NCBI RefSeq assembly: GCF_032191835.1
Contig: NC_083223.1
Coordinates: forward strand, 249,612,001-249,676,000
From: Heteronotia binoei
Lineage: Eukaryota
Length of the DNA stretch: 64,000 bases
Direction: 5' to 3'
A program made the translations under genes and the position numbers. Within the stretch, counting starts at the first letter, position 1, and each line of letters starts with the position of its first letter. Of the stretch, positions 48,881 through 59,977 are shown one piece after another. The notes under the pieces are model-generated. The model was not told the DNA's origin. It did not search any database and saw nothing but the letters and a program-made list of their open reading frames with translations.

Positions 48881-49689
48881 ATGATACATACACGAAGCCA
48901 GCAAACAAAGGTAGTTTTGGAGACTAATGGAATGAGATGCAAAAGGAGAATCCATCCCTGAGTCCTCCCATATACATGTGGAATGTGGGGTGTGGCTGGG
49001 CCTTTTCCCTCATCAAATTGGAGAGCATATGACTGAGGACAGAAGTGTTGTCATGCATATGTTATATGTATCTTGATGGGACACCTTGAGAGTGAAACAG
49101 GGTCAGTGGCAACGGGTTGACTTTTTTCCATACATCACTTGCCTGCTCAGAATTAAAACTTATTGAGTCTTCTTTTAATTAGAATAAAAACATAGTGACT
49201 TTGCATAATCTGTGGTTTTCCCATGAAAGAGCAAGCTGTGCACTGCCTTCTATGCCTGAGGGCAAAAGAGCTTCATAGGTTGGTTTCTGAAACGAGACTA
49301 GAGATTTCAAGGCCTGCTCTGTTGTGTGATATTCTGATGAATCCCTCTCTCTCCCATTAGCTTAACCAGGATTGGATGATGTTCCCGAATCACCATACTT
49401 TTCCTTACAGATATTCAGACTGGAGTACAGCTACCTATTCTTTAACTTAGTGCTTTTGGGAAGTGTACAGAAATGACAGCTGCTCTTGCGTGAGCTCTCT
49501 GGATGTAAGTGGGGGCAGAATATAAGGATCATGCTATAGTTACATAAAAACAGTTTTGTGGATGGCTGGCCTATTTATAGTTCCTATTTACAGTTCTGGG
49601 TTTTATTTTCAAAGTCTCAAACAACTGCAGGATGCTTTTCTGAACCTAGTTGCATATTCATTATAGCATGGGGGAGACTTATCTTTGCA

Positions 49690-50395
49690 GTACTATGTAT
49701 GAAACCAATCTAGGGAGCTTTGTGGACCACACGCTGAACATGAGTCAGCTGTGTGATGTGGCAGCCAAAAAGGCAAACACAATTTTGGGCTGCATCACCA
49801 AAAACCAAGTGTTCGCATCATGTTCAGTGATTGTGTCACTTTACTCTGCTGTGGTTAGGACCCTACTAGACTGCTGCGTTCAGTTTGGGGCACCACAGGT
49901 TAATAAGGAAATATGTCCAGAGGAGGGCAATGGAGATTATGAGGGACATGGAGACCAAGTCCTATGAGGAAAGATTGAAGGAGCTCGGTCTGTTTAGCTT
50001 GGAGAGGAGACAACTGTGAGGTGATATGATCACCATCTTCAAGTACTTGAAGGAATGTCCTATAGAGAATGGTGCCGTTGCCCCAGGATGTTGGACCAGA
50101 AACAGCAGGTTTAAATTAAATCAGAAGAGTGTCTGGGTAAACATTAGGAAGAGCTTCCTGACAGAGCAGTTCCTTAGGCTTAGGGGAACAGGCTTCCTCT
50201 TGAGGTGGTGGGCTTTCCTTCCTTGGAGGTTTTCAAACAGAGGCTAGATGGCCATCTATGGCAATGAGGATCCTGTGAACTCAGACAAATCATGAAAAGA
50301 AGGGCAGGGGAGATACCTGTGAACTCCCAGCATGGTTAAGGGGGGTGGATGAGATCAACCTTGAGGTCCCTTCAAACACTATGATTCCACGAGTC
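49690..50395 (+). mobile_element. CR1 LINE ORF2 3' fragment
   Basis: LNMSQLCDVAAKKANTILGCI...LYSAVVR..L..CVQFGAP...EERLKELGLFSLERR..MITIFKYLK, with frameshifts. Confidence 0.88.
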
Positions 50396-51382
50396 TGTGA
50401 TCTGTTTGGAAGAGGGCAGAGGGCAAACAATACAACTATGGGGTTGGTGTGCCTTTTATGTGACCAAAAGCAACAGAGTCTGTGAATGTTAAGTCTACAG
50501 AAAGGATTGATGAGGGGGGACATGAGAACACTTTGTGAAATGATGTATGAGGTAAAATAGTAGATAATCCCACCCCCAGCCCCCCCAACCCCATGGGTAA
50601 AACTATTGCTTAAAATGTGGAATATACTGCAAAAGCAACATCTTTAAAAATCTCCACAGCTACTCAAAACTCCAGTATCCTGATAGAAGCCTTGCTGGGA
50701 AAAAAGCCATACCTGGCCCCACCCACTCTCCAGGAACAAATGACCGGTGCCAGGAAAAGTGTTGGCAGCCACCATGGCATGCCCAGGCACCACTATTGCG
50801 AACTTTTGGCTAACCACGTGCCTCATTTTTTCTGATCATGTGAACTTACACTGTGTAATTTGCCTTGAGTTTCAGGGAGAAAAAAGGACTAAGCAGAAAG
50901 TAAACAAAGATATATATATTCTATGCTTGTTGGCCCTTGTGAGAGAGGATGATGGACCAGTATATTTATCTAGCTATGCTCAGTTTATGTTCCTCCCATA
51001 TCCTTCTCCGTTACCCCTTCCACTGGAAATATTGTGGGTGCCTATACAGAACAGCCTTCTCAACAGTGGAACCCAGTCTCTTCAACTCTCTCTCAAATGA
51101 AGTTTGCATCAATCCCTAACGCCCTCCTGGAGTGCTCAGTTGATTCAAGGAGGTTGGTTGTGTTTGTTGTCATTTGATAATTTTTGATGCTGACTTGGAT
51201 TGATCGTTAGTTGCTTTAGGGATTATGTGAAGTTGAAAGATTACATATTACCACGTTGACAATGATAGTAAAGCATGTAATGGTTCAATATGAGAACATT
51301 AGTTTTGTTAAGGCTCCTGCTCTATTTGAGGTGCAACAACAACAGCTCTGCTTGCATATCTGAGTGGATCTAGTCTTCTTAC

Positions 51383-51901
51383 TAGGGTTGCCAGGGCCAA
51401 CTCAAGAGATGGCTGGGAACTTTGGGGGTGGAGCCAGGAGACTTTGGGGGTGGAGCCGGGAGCAAGGTTGTGACAAGGATACTTGAACTCTGAAAGGTAA
51501 TTTCCGCCACTGCATTAAAAGGTACTGCACACCTTTTAAATGCCTTCCCTCCATTTGGAAATAATGAAGGATAGGGGCACCTTCTTTTGGAGCTCATTGG
51601 ATTGGAGCCCCTGGTCCAATGCTTTTGAAACTTGGATGGGTTTTTGAAGAGAGGAAACGGATGCTGAAAATTTGCTGCCTCTACATCAAAAAACAGCCCT
51701 CCCCAAAGCCCAAAATACCCACAGATCAATTCTCTATTATACCCTATGGGAATCGATCTCCATAGGGGATAATGAAGTCCCCAAGAGACATTTATTTCCC
51801 CCTCCCTGCCCCCCCCTGCTTTCTGATGACCCTGAAGTGGGGGGAGGGCCTCCAAACTGGGGGATCTCTTTCCCCCCCCCCCCCCGGGATTGGCAATCCT
51901 A
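51383..51901. mobile_element. hAT-type MITE with 8-bp TSD
   Basis: TIRs TAGGGTTGCCA and TGGCAATCCTA. TSD CTTCTTAC (51375-51382) versus CTTGTTAC (51902-51909). Confidence 0.85.
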
Positions 51902-52130
51902 CTTGTTACTATGGAAAGTGAAACTAGTGAAGCTTTAGTGAACTGTCTCTTTAAGGGGGCTGAGATTTGGGTGGAGCTCAGTTTAAGGAGCCAGGTCTTC
52001 AGAATCCAAGCTGGAGGTGCAGAACTGGTGAGAGATATACTTTCAGTCTATTTCCAAAGTGTGTGCAAGGAGGCAGATTCAGTTTATGTGACAGGCTTCC
52101 AAAACTCTTTGGAAAGGGGAAATCTTCAGG

Positions 52131-55100
52131 ATGGTCTTATATTGTAAGAGAAGCAACCCTTTCACAGTAGAAGAAGCCCTTCATATTCTAACTCATCCTG
52201 ATTATCAGAAGACTATAACTAATCCACCATGCAAGCCTCAGGGTGGTGATGTCTTCCTGTATTCTTTCAGTGGCTCTCCTCATAAAAAAGATGATTGGCG
52301 CTGTGATCAATATTCCTGGATCAATTGTGGTGTCAGACTATGGCCAAAGAAGGATCCAAAGTTGAGAAAATTCTATCATAAAATCAAAGGTGGTTCAAGC
52401 ACAGGCAACTTTGTAAGGCACAGTTATACACTGCTTGAACTTTCCTGTGAAATTGTCCTGTTACACTACATTGGAGATGAGAAGGAGTTCAAGCCACTTC
52501 CTCATGGCAATAGAAAGAAAAATTTGAAAAGATCACATGTACGGACCATGCCTTCTGTCATAGGACGTATTACAGATCACAATGCTAAGCCTTCCAAAAT
52601 CTATCAGGACCTCTGTAACAAACCTGTAACTGACTCAACCAGTATACCTGTATCTCAGCCACGAAATCTGGAGCAGATAAGAAACAAACTTAAATTTGAA
52701 AGACAACGTACACGAGTCAGCCATGATGATGTGTACAGTATAATAGAATTTACAGAACTCCTCGAAGGCTTCATCCATGATTACTCCCTGTATCCAGCAG
52801 TGATTGTTCTTATGGGCCTACCGGATATTTTATCTGAAATTGGGAAAGTTCTGTTGCTGAAGACTGAATTACCAATGCTTTTCTCATATGACACAACATT
52901 TCAGCTTGGAGACTTCTACCTATCTACTTTGATATTTCAAAATGTGCTTTTCACTGAATCACCATTGATTCCAGTGATGTTTATGATACATGATAGTAAG
53001 CATGAGGAAAATCACAGAAGATTTTTTGAAAACCTTTCAAAGCAGTGTCCTTCACTCAATTCAGAGAAGGTTGTCATGGTGTCTGACAGGGAGAAAGGAA
53101 TTTGTAAGGCTTTGGATCGTGTTTTGCTAAAGATTCACAGAGTGCTATGCTGGAATCACATCCGCAGAGACATCATGTTTTGGTTGAAAAAACATGGCGC
53201 CAAATCTGTAGATACCAAGATATACCTTACGGACTTTTTTGACCTCCTGAGGTCAAATTCTGAGGAGGAGTACACAGTCAAACTAGAGAAACTCAGCAGA
53301 AAGTGGAGCAGAGCATTCGTAGATTACTTTGATGAGGAGCTGCACCCAGCTATAATCAGTCATGCTGGTGCCTGGATTCTAAAGAGACTGAACATCTATA
53401 ACGAAAAGAGTGGAATCACAACAAATGTTTCTGAAAGTTTTCATGCTGCTCTAAAAAGACTTGCACAATGGAAAGAAATGTCCATGGAAGCAATGGTGTT
53501 AGCATTATATGCAATGCAAAATTTTTACTGGAGAGAAATTTTACGTGGACTATGCAACACTGGAAACCTTCATTTGCGATCTCAATTTCTCAGACACTCG
53601 AGATCACCAGAACACACCATCTTCCCTCATATAGCTTGTGATCCATCTGAAATCATGGATCTTGTACAAAGGGGAGAACTTCCACGACCCAAGAAAGATG
53701 AAATCTACGAGAAGGACCCATCGGTTTGTCAGGTAGTCCTTGCAGATTTCACTGTGCTAAGCAATTTAACAGCCACTTGTCCACAGCTTGGTGTGTTTGT
53801 GGTGAGGGGTGTTAAGGATAAAAATTATGTTGTTTCCCTTTTCCCCAAAGAGAGCTGCTCTTGCCCATCATCCAGGACTTGCTATCATATCATAGCTGCA
53901 AAAAAAACTATTGGCATGCCACCAGTACCCGGGAAGCCTCGCCGGCTGCAGCTCACACAGTTGAAGCGAAATAAAAGGCAGAAGACTAGATCAGGAAGAA
54001 AGTTCCCCAGACTTCAGGAAAACGTCACTGTAGCTGCTGCAGTAGATTCAATGCAGACTGCCACGGAGTTAGATTCCTTAAAAGCAGATCACCTTCTGAC
54101 CATGACACATCTAGAAAGCACCCAACCTCAAATGACCTCCACTCCAAAAGGCGTGCCAGAAAAATTGACAGTGGTCACTATTGATTCTTTGGATAATAGT
54201 CCCACATTCTCAGTTCACAGTGAGAAGTGTGCAGACACATCAGAGACCTATAAATCAGTTCCCCCATGGCACAACTGTACCTTCAAGATACTCAGTCTTC
54301 AAAAAAGGGGGCTTGTTGCCTCCGTTGCCAACATCTGTGTGTACGACTACGACATAGACACACTGAGGGGATCAAAGTGGATAAATGACCGCATAATTGA
54401 TGCATTTCTAGCCTCAAGGGTGATCATGGCCAAGGAGATGGGTCATGATGGAACAATTTTCACACTAAGTTGCCACTTCATACAGACCTTGCTGTGTCGA
54501 AGACTCTCTGTGCAAACTCTGAAGTACTGCTTGAAATATGGAGTGCTACAGAAGGATGTTTTGATCATTCCAGTTAATGACAGGCAAGTCCACTGGATAC
54601 TGATAGTCATCATATTCAAATGGAAGACCATGCTCTACCTGGACTCCAAACATGGATTGAACCACTCAGTGATTGAAGCCATAACATCCTTCTTATGTTG
54701 TCTGTATGAGATGGATTTGAAATGTTCGTATAGTTTTGCTGACTGGTCGTTTTTTGCACCAACTGATATACCCTGGCAAGACAACTCCAGTGACTGTGGT
54801 CCTTTCACATGTTCCATTGCACATGTGATTGCTTCTGCCACCCAACTGAATTTCACACAGGAGGATATGACTGCAGTTAGACCCTGGATTGCAAAAGAAA
54901 TAATCCAGTACAGTGGGAAAACATATCTGGAAAGAAAAGACAAATACATTCCACTGGAAATTGCTGTTGTCACTTACAAGGAGAGAGAAATTTTGAAAGA
55001 GAGTGGCATTACGGTTTCCAGATCATGTCCGGAGGGATGGAATGACACACTTAAGTATTGTGCGGATATTTTGCCTTCTTTGTTTCAGGGTCGCTGGTCA

Positions 55101-55268
55101 CAGTGCTTTCTGAAGGAGGGTTGCATGAAGCCCAGCAGTGACTTGACCATGGTTTACTGTGAAGGAAAATGCAAGGACTGGTACCACTGCTTTTGCATAG
55201 GCATGGACTCCAAAAATCTACCACAAATTTTCATGTGTCCAGACTGTCAATCCACAATGGCCAAATAG
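52131..55268 (+). CDS. Mutator/MULE-family transposase-like protein, 1045 aa: CG-1-like + MULE DDE + SWIM + Ulp1 protease + PHD
   Basis: Single open ORF. MULE motifs: SYD254TTF, VSD319REKGI.KAL, C340WNH343 and TTNVSE435SFH..LK. SWIM: C576-C578-C584-H586. Ulp1/C48: WINDRII, H821W, D838S, Q883..DC889G. PHD: C992/C998/C1010/C1014/H1019/C1022/C1036/C1039. Confidence 0.9.
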   Translation: MVLYCKRSNPFTVEEALHILTHPDYQKTITNPPCKPQGGDVFLYSFSGSPHKKDDWRCDQYSWINCGVRLWPKKDPKLRKFYHKIKGGSSTGNFVRHSYTLLELSCEIVLLHYIGDEKEFKPLPHGNRKKNLKRSHVRTMPSVIGRITDHNAKPSKIYQDLCNKPVTDSTSIPVSQPRNLEQIRNKLKFERQRTRVSHDDVYSIIEFTELLEGFIHDYSLYPAVIVLMGLPDILSEIGKVLLLKTELPMLFSYDTTFQLGDFYLSTLIFQNVLFTESPLIPVMFMIHDSKHEENHRRFFENLSKQCPSLNSEKVVMVSDREKGICKALDRVLLKIHRVLCWNHIRRDIMFWLKKHGAKSVDTKIYLTDFFDLLRSNSEEEYTVKLEKLSRKWSRAFVDYFDEELHPAIISHAGAWILKRLNIYNEKSGITTNVSESFHAALKRLAQWKEMSMEAMVLALYAMQNFYWREILRGLCNTGNLHLRSQFLRHSRSPEHTIFPHIACDPSEIMDLVQRGELPRPKKDEIYEKDPSVCQVVLADFTVLSNLTATCPQLGVFVVRGVKDKNYVVSLFPKESCSCPSSRTCYHIIAAKKTIGMPPVPGKPRRLQLTQLKRNKRQKTRSGRKFPRLQENVTVAAAVDSMQTATELDSLKADHLLTMTHLESTQPQMTSTPKGVPEKLTVVTIDSLDNSPTFSVHSEKCADTSETYKSVPPWHNCTFKILSLQKRGLVASVANICVYDYDIDTLRGSKWINDRIIDAFLASRVIMAKEMGHDGTIFTLSCHFIQTLLCRRLSVQTLKYCLKYGVLQKDVLIIPVNDRQVHWILIVIIFKWKTMLYLDSKHGLNHSVIEAITSFLCCLYEMDLKCSYSFADWSFFAPTDIPWQDNSSDCGPFTCSIAHVIASATQLNFTQEDMTAVRPWIAKEIIQYSGKTYLERKDKYIPLEIAVVTYKEREILKESGITVSRSCPEGWNDTLKYCADILPSLFQGRWSQCFLKEGCMKPSSDLTMVYCEGKCKDWYHCFCIGMDSKNLPQIFMCPDCQSTMAK

Positions 55269-56154
55269 AGTTTGAAATTGTTACACAGGTAGGTAACACA
55301 TACCAAATAAATTATGTGAACAGGTAAATCCACACACATGGTCTTCAGCATCATAGCTGAGCTGACCCCTTTCAGTGTATCTTGTATTTATGGAGAGTTT
55401 ACCTGATTTTCAAAATTCATTTCGGGGGAATTATGGTGCAGTGTTCCATGGTAGAGGGGATTCTAAAGTGCTACAGTGAAACTTCCTAATACCAGTTTTC
55501 TTTGTGACTAATGAGGCAATGTAGAAACACCAAGTTACATCCTTCTATGCATGATCACGAGTGCAACCTTTCCTACTGGAGTTCTGCTTGTGCACCCGAG
55601 AGATATACTACACCACACACAGAAAGTCTGCAGGTTCTCCCCCCTTAAAGAACAGCTGGCAATCACTTTGTACAATGTCTAGCTCCAGTGGAAATGTCAG
55701 TCAGGATGCAAGGGTCAGCATGGTCCGGTTAGTAACACCACAAGTGTTCGGGCTCCAGCACATGTGGAAATCAGCTGGATCCAACCTCTGGTTTTGAAGT
55801 AATATTATGAGTGTTCTGGAGATGCAGGGAGGCAGATAAACTGTAAAGGGTAAGAGGAAGGATCATACCTTGACTCCAACTCCTGTGCTATCAGCGTGTG
55901 TGTTGATCAGAGCCAGTGCACCCTGCAGGTGCACCTAGTGTTAGTGCATGGGTTACATCCATGCCTTGGAGAACTCTGGAAAGCACAGAGGCTGGATGGT
56001 TTGGAGAGAGCCCATGCACATATCCATTATACATGTTTAGGCATTGTTCAATAGTAAAGCCAAAAATATCTTTAGGATTAAAGCCCTAATCTCCACAGAT
56101 GACACTGAGTGGCATGAGGAATAAAACAAATGCTGGCCCTCTTTTCTGTAATTG

Positions 56155-56432
56155 GAGAGCCAGTTTGGTGTAGTGGTTAAGTGTGCGGACTCTTACCTGG
56201 GAGAACCGGGTTTGATTCCCCACTCCTCCACTTGCACCTGCTAGCATGGCCTTGGGTCAGCCAGAGCTCTGGCAGAGGTTGTCCTTGACAGGGCAGCTGC
56301 TGTGAGAGCCCTCTCCAGCCCCACCCACCTCACAGGGTGTCTGTTGTGGGGGAGGAAGGTAAAGGAGATTGTGAGCCGCTCTGAGACTCTTTGGAGTGGA
56401 GGGCGGGATATAAATCCGATATCTTCTTCTAA
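56155..56432 (+). mobile_element. MIR/Ther1-like SINE (Squam3-type), near full length
   Basis: gagagccagtttggtgtagtggttaagtgtgcggactc...gggcgggatataaatccgatatcttcttct. Confidence 0.88.
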
Positions 56433-56608
56433 TTGCAAAATGAAATAACATTCTAGATTCAGCATCTGATAATAGACAAGTAGTTCTACTGCTAGAAAAA
56501 GAAATCAATTTGACAACTTTGCTGCAATAATCTTAGAAATTTGTGGGACTTTCTTCCAATTAAAGGTTTACAGGCTCTTAATGCAGAAGACAAATCATGA
56601 CTCGTTTC

Positions 56609-56790
56609 CAGGGCTTTTTTTTTAAAAGCAGGAACTCCTTTGCATATTAGGCTACACACTCCTGATGTAGCCAATCCTGCAAGAGCTTAGAGGGCTCTTA
56701 GTATAGGTCATTCTGTAAGCTTTAGGAGGATTGGATACATCAGGGGTGTATTGCCTAATATGCAAAGGAGTTTCTGCTAAAAAAAAACAA
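56609..56790. mobile_element. Palindromic MITE
   Basis: gcaggaactcctttgcatattagg..tgatgtagccaatcct is mirrored by aggattggatacatca..cctaatatgcaaaggagtttctgc. Confidence 0.75.
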
Positions 56791-57524
56791 ACTCTGCTTG
56801 GTTCCATTACAATCACAATTTTAAATGTTAGTACTGAAGCAGTGCTCATGAGTTTGAGTTCGTGACTTAAGCTTTGACTGAACAAGATGCTGTGTGATTT
56901 CCTATCTTGCTTTTCAAATGTCACTATGATTCAGCAGCACTTTGAAAATGCAGTATGGAGATATATTACTGAGCAGATGGGAAGCAGGTCAATAACTTCC
57001 CATAACATCTTGGTATGGATTCCCACATAAGGGACAGAAAACTTTTAGGGGCCACATTTTTTTTGAAGTACGGAGACAGCACGGTATCTATGAAAAATGT
57101 GAAGCAAGTTCGTGAATTCATCCCCATAGAAATAATAATTTGTGGTGTTAAGGTTGGTGATGAGCAGGACCCTTTCCCATTTTCCCACACACAAGAACAC
57201 AGAGTTTGCTCTTAATGGGATTGAACAAGCAGAGTTTCTGTGGTCAGAGTTCCTGCACAAGACATCAGCAAAGTGCCTTTGAAAAAACTCAGCTTCTCAA
57301 ATGCATCATGAATCTTCCACTTGTGAACGTTGGAGTTGGAAGGCATAGAAGGTGCTGGTACTCACCTCCCTCCTCACAACCCCAGCCCCAGTGGTATCAA
57401 GGCATGTTTCTAGAGAAAGATGACAGTCATGATTATGACTATTACATATTATTTTTAATAATAATATAAATGAAGATGATAATCATCATCATTATTTAAT
57501 ATTATTATTTATTTATAGATGGTA

Positions 57525-57810
57525 TGACCTGAATCAGTGGGTTGAAATTAAACCAGAATAGTTTCTGGCTCAACATTAGGAAGAACTTCCTGACCATTAG
57601 AGCAGTTCCTCAGTGGAGCAGGCTTCCTCAGGAGGTGGTGGCCTCTGCTTCCCTAGAGGTTTTTAAACAGAGGCTGGATGGCCCTCTGACAGCAATAAAG
57701 ATCCTGTGAATTTAGTGGGGAGGTATTTGTGAGTTTCCTGCATTGTGCAGGGGGCTGGACTAGATGACCCTAGAGGTCCCTTCCAATGCTATGGTTCTAT
57801 GATTCTGTTA
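57525..57810 (+). mobile_element. CR1 LINE 3' end
   Basis: ggctcaacattaggaagaacttcctgacc...ggaggttttaaacagaggctggatggcc...ggactagatgacc...gtcccttcc..ctatggttctatgattct. Confidence 0.85.
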
Positions 57811-57887
57811 TTTACTGTAAGGCAGAGTCACAGACAGGAGGTATATACCAATATAAGAAGTGTAAACCAGAAGATACAATCGGGTAT

Positions 57888-58084
57888 GCAGCGATGTTCC
57901 CTCTAAGTTGCAGTCTTGTGAGCAAAACTTCTACTTTAAGAGCTACTGGTATTAAAGTTATGAGCTACTGCATATATTATTGTGCTCTGCGGCTATTTTT
58001 CCTAAGCCAAGACAGAAATGTGTGAGCTGGAGGCTAAAAATCTGTGAACTAGCTCATGCTAACTCTGCTTAGAGGGAACACTGG
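57888..58084. mobile_element. MITE (CAGCGATGTTCCCTCTAAG / CTTAGAGGGAACACTG termini)
   Basis: Terminal inverted repeats are visible by eye. Confidence 0.7.
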
Positions 58085-59977
58085 TATGCAGACTGCTTGA
58101 CCAATCCCCTGAATACCAACTTCTAGATTAACAATCCACTCAGGTGTGACTGAGGAGGATTCAAACAGCACCATCATGATTGATGTAACTCCCCTAACAC
58201 TCATCCCTAACTCCTATGGTCTAAATGAATGGGTCATGGAATTGCCCAAGTGTGGCTTGATGATGCTTCTAACCTGGGGTGAGGGAATCATCCATCCCTG
58301 TAGCAAACTGCATGTAGAACATGATTTTGTACAGAGTGCAGAACCACTTCTTCTCACAAGCAACCAAGGTGAGCCACTGAGGCACTGGCTGCAGCACTAG
58401 AGCAGGCAGTGTGGTTTGAACACCAGGTGGAGGTCAGAAGGATGTAACTCTTTCTGAGTCCTCGTTGGGGAGAAAGGGGGGCTATCAGTGAAGTAAAGGT
58501 CTCTCAGAGCAACAGAGCTGCCAGCTGGGACTGAGGGAAGCCCACTGAGGACCTTGCTCAATTCCACTGTGCTTTGGCTCGCTCCCTGAGTGTACAGCCA
58601 CTTTTGTCTCCCCGGCTGCACACCTTTAGAATAGTAGCACAGTAAAACCTTTACTAGAAGATGTGGGTGGGTGTCACTTAGGCCCAAAACATATCTTAGC
58701 CCCCCCTCAAGGAATCACCTTTTCAGTTGTAAACCTCTCCTTGATGCTACAGTGACTGCACCTTTATGAACAGTTATTTCTATAATAGACTCCCAACTGT
58801 AGATGGTTTGGGGGGAGCACCCACATGATCTTATGGTCTAAGCATGATGTCATTGTCCTTTACCTGCCCTCATTGTGCTCTTACCCTAATCTGCGAAAGT
58901 GATGGCCAACTGATGTTTCTGCTGTCCTGCTTTTAATGTTACTGCCACAACAGCAGCCTGAACAACTTAAGTGCCTTTCCCAGTTTTCAATGCAAGGTCA
59001 ATAATGTGCAGATAAAATAATTTTCTAATCATTAATGTTATGAAGCATCTCATGAAAAGATTAAACAACTCTCTGGAATATAAAGAAGGAATGAGAAATG
59101 TGAATTCAGCATATAATCCTGTTTATTACACTTTCAGGTCTCCATATAATCATGTGAACAGAAACCTCAGAAGGCTGTGTGATGCTGGTGGCACATTGCA
59201 AGATGACCAAAGCAAAAACAAGAGTTGTGCATATTTGATCTTTTGAAGTGTTACAGAAATATTCAAACCTTAGTTTTCTGATATCCATCACAAGTTCTGA
59301 TTGTCTCAGTTCTCTCCTCCTCCAAGTGCACTGTTCTAGTGCAACCCATTTGTTCTTATTATTAACAAAACTGTATATAAAGGTGTCAAAGTTAAAGTTT
59401 AAAGATTCAGCTTTAATACTGTGTCTCTCTTTGTATCCTTTCAGCGAGAATGCTTAAAACTGTTGCCAAGGAATACAGGTGGTCTCTGTGTATTGTGAAA
59501 AATTCCCAAATTAAAGTATAGATGGGTATGGACAACCATCTAGTCCATAATCTGCTTTCACACAGTGGCCATACAACTACACTGTGTGCCCAACAAATGC
59601 AGTAGAGACACAAAGTTCTGTACCTGGTACTGCCTCTTGGCACTGGGTTTCAAAGGTTTCTTGGCTCTGTATATGAAAGTTCCCTTCATTTAAATTGGCT
59701 AGTAGCCACTTATAGATCTCTTCCATGTCCCCTTTTGAAGCCTTCTTTGCCCGTGGATATCAGTCAATCCTCAGGTGGTGAAATCCATGGTTATGTCAGT
59801 CATGGAGTAAATTGGTGCTTCTTTAAGTTGGGTGCCCCTGAGTTCAGTATTACGGCAGGGGGAGGAACAGTTATCTCTATCCACTTTCTACACTCCATGT
59901 ATAACTTTAAATCCTCAATCATGTCTGCCCCCGCTTAGTTAAAGTTTTCATAGACTGAACATTTTCAAGACTCTTCA

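Noticed and set aside
51890-52170. Short ORFs just upstream of the transposase as an N-terminal extension
   Set aside because: They are in different frames, one starts at the MITE end, and an in-frame stop at 52089 precedes the main ATG. No homology evidence is available.
52131-55268. Zisupton/KDZ transposase or host SENP/CAMTA gene
   Set aside because: The core motifs (DTTF, D-x-E-x-G..A, CxxH, TNxxES) fit MULE rather than KDZ. The ORF lacks the multi-exon structure and the other domains (TIG, ankyrin, IQ) of host CAMTA and SENP genes. HMM confirmation is still needed.
55300-59900. Second element-encoded gene (mudrB-like) in the right interior
   Set aside because: Only short ORFs (under 100 aa) occur, with no recognisable motifs in the frames I translated.
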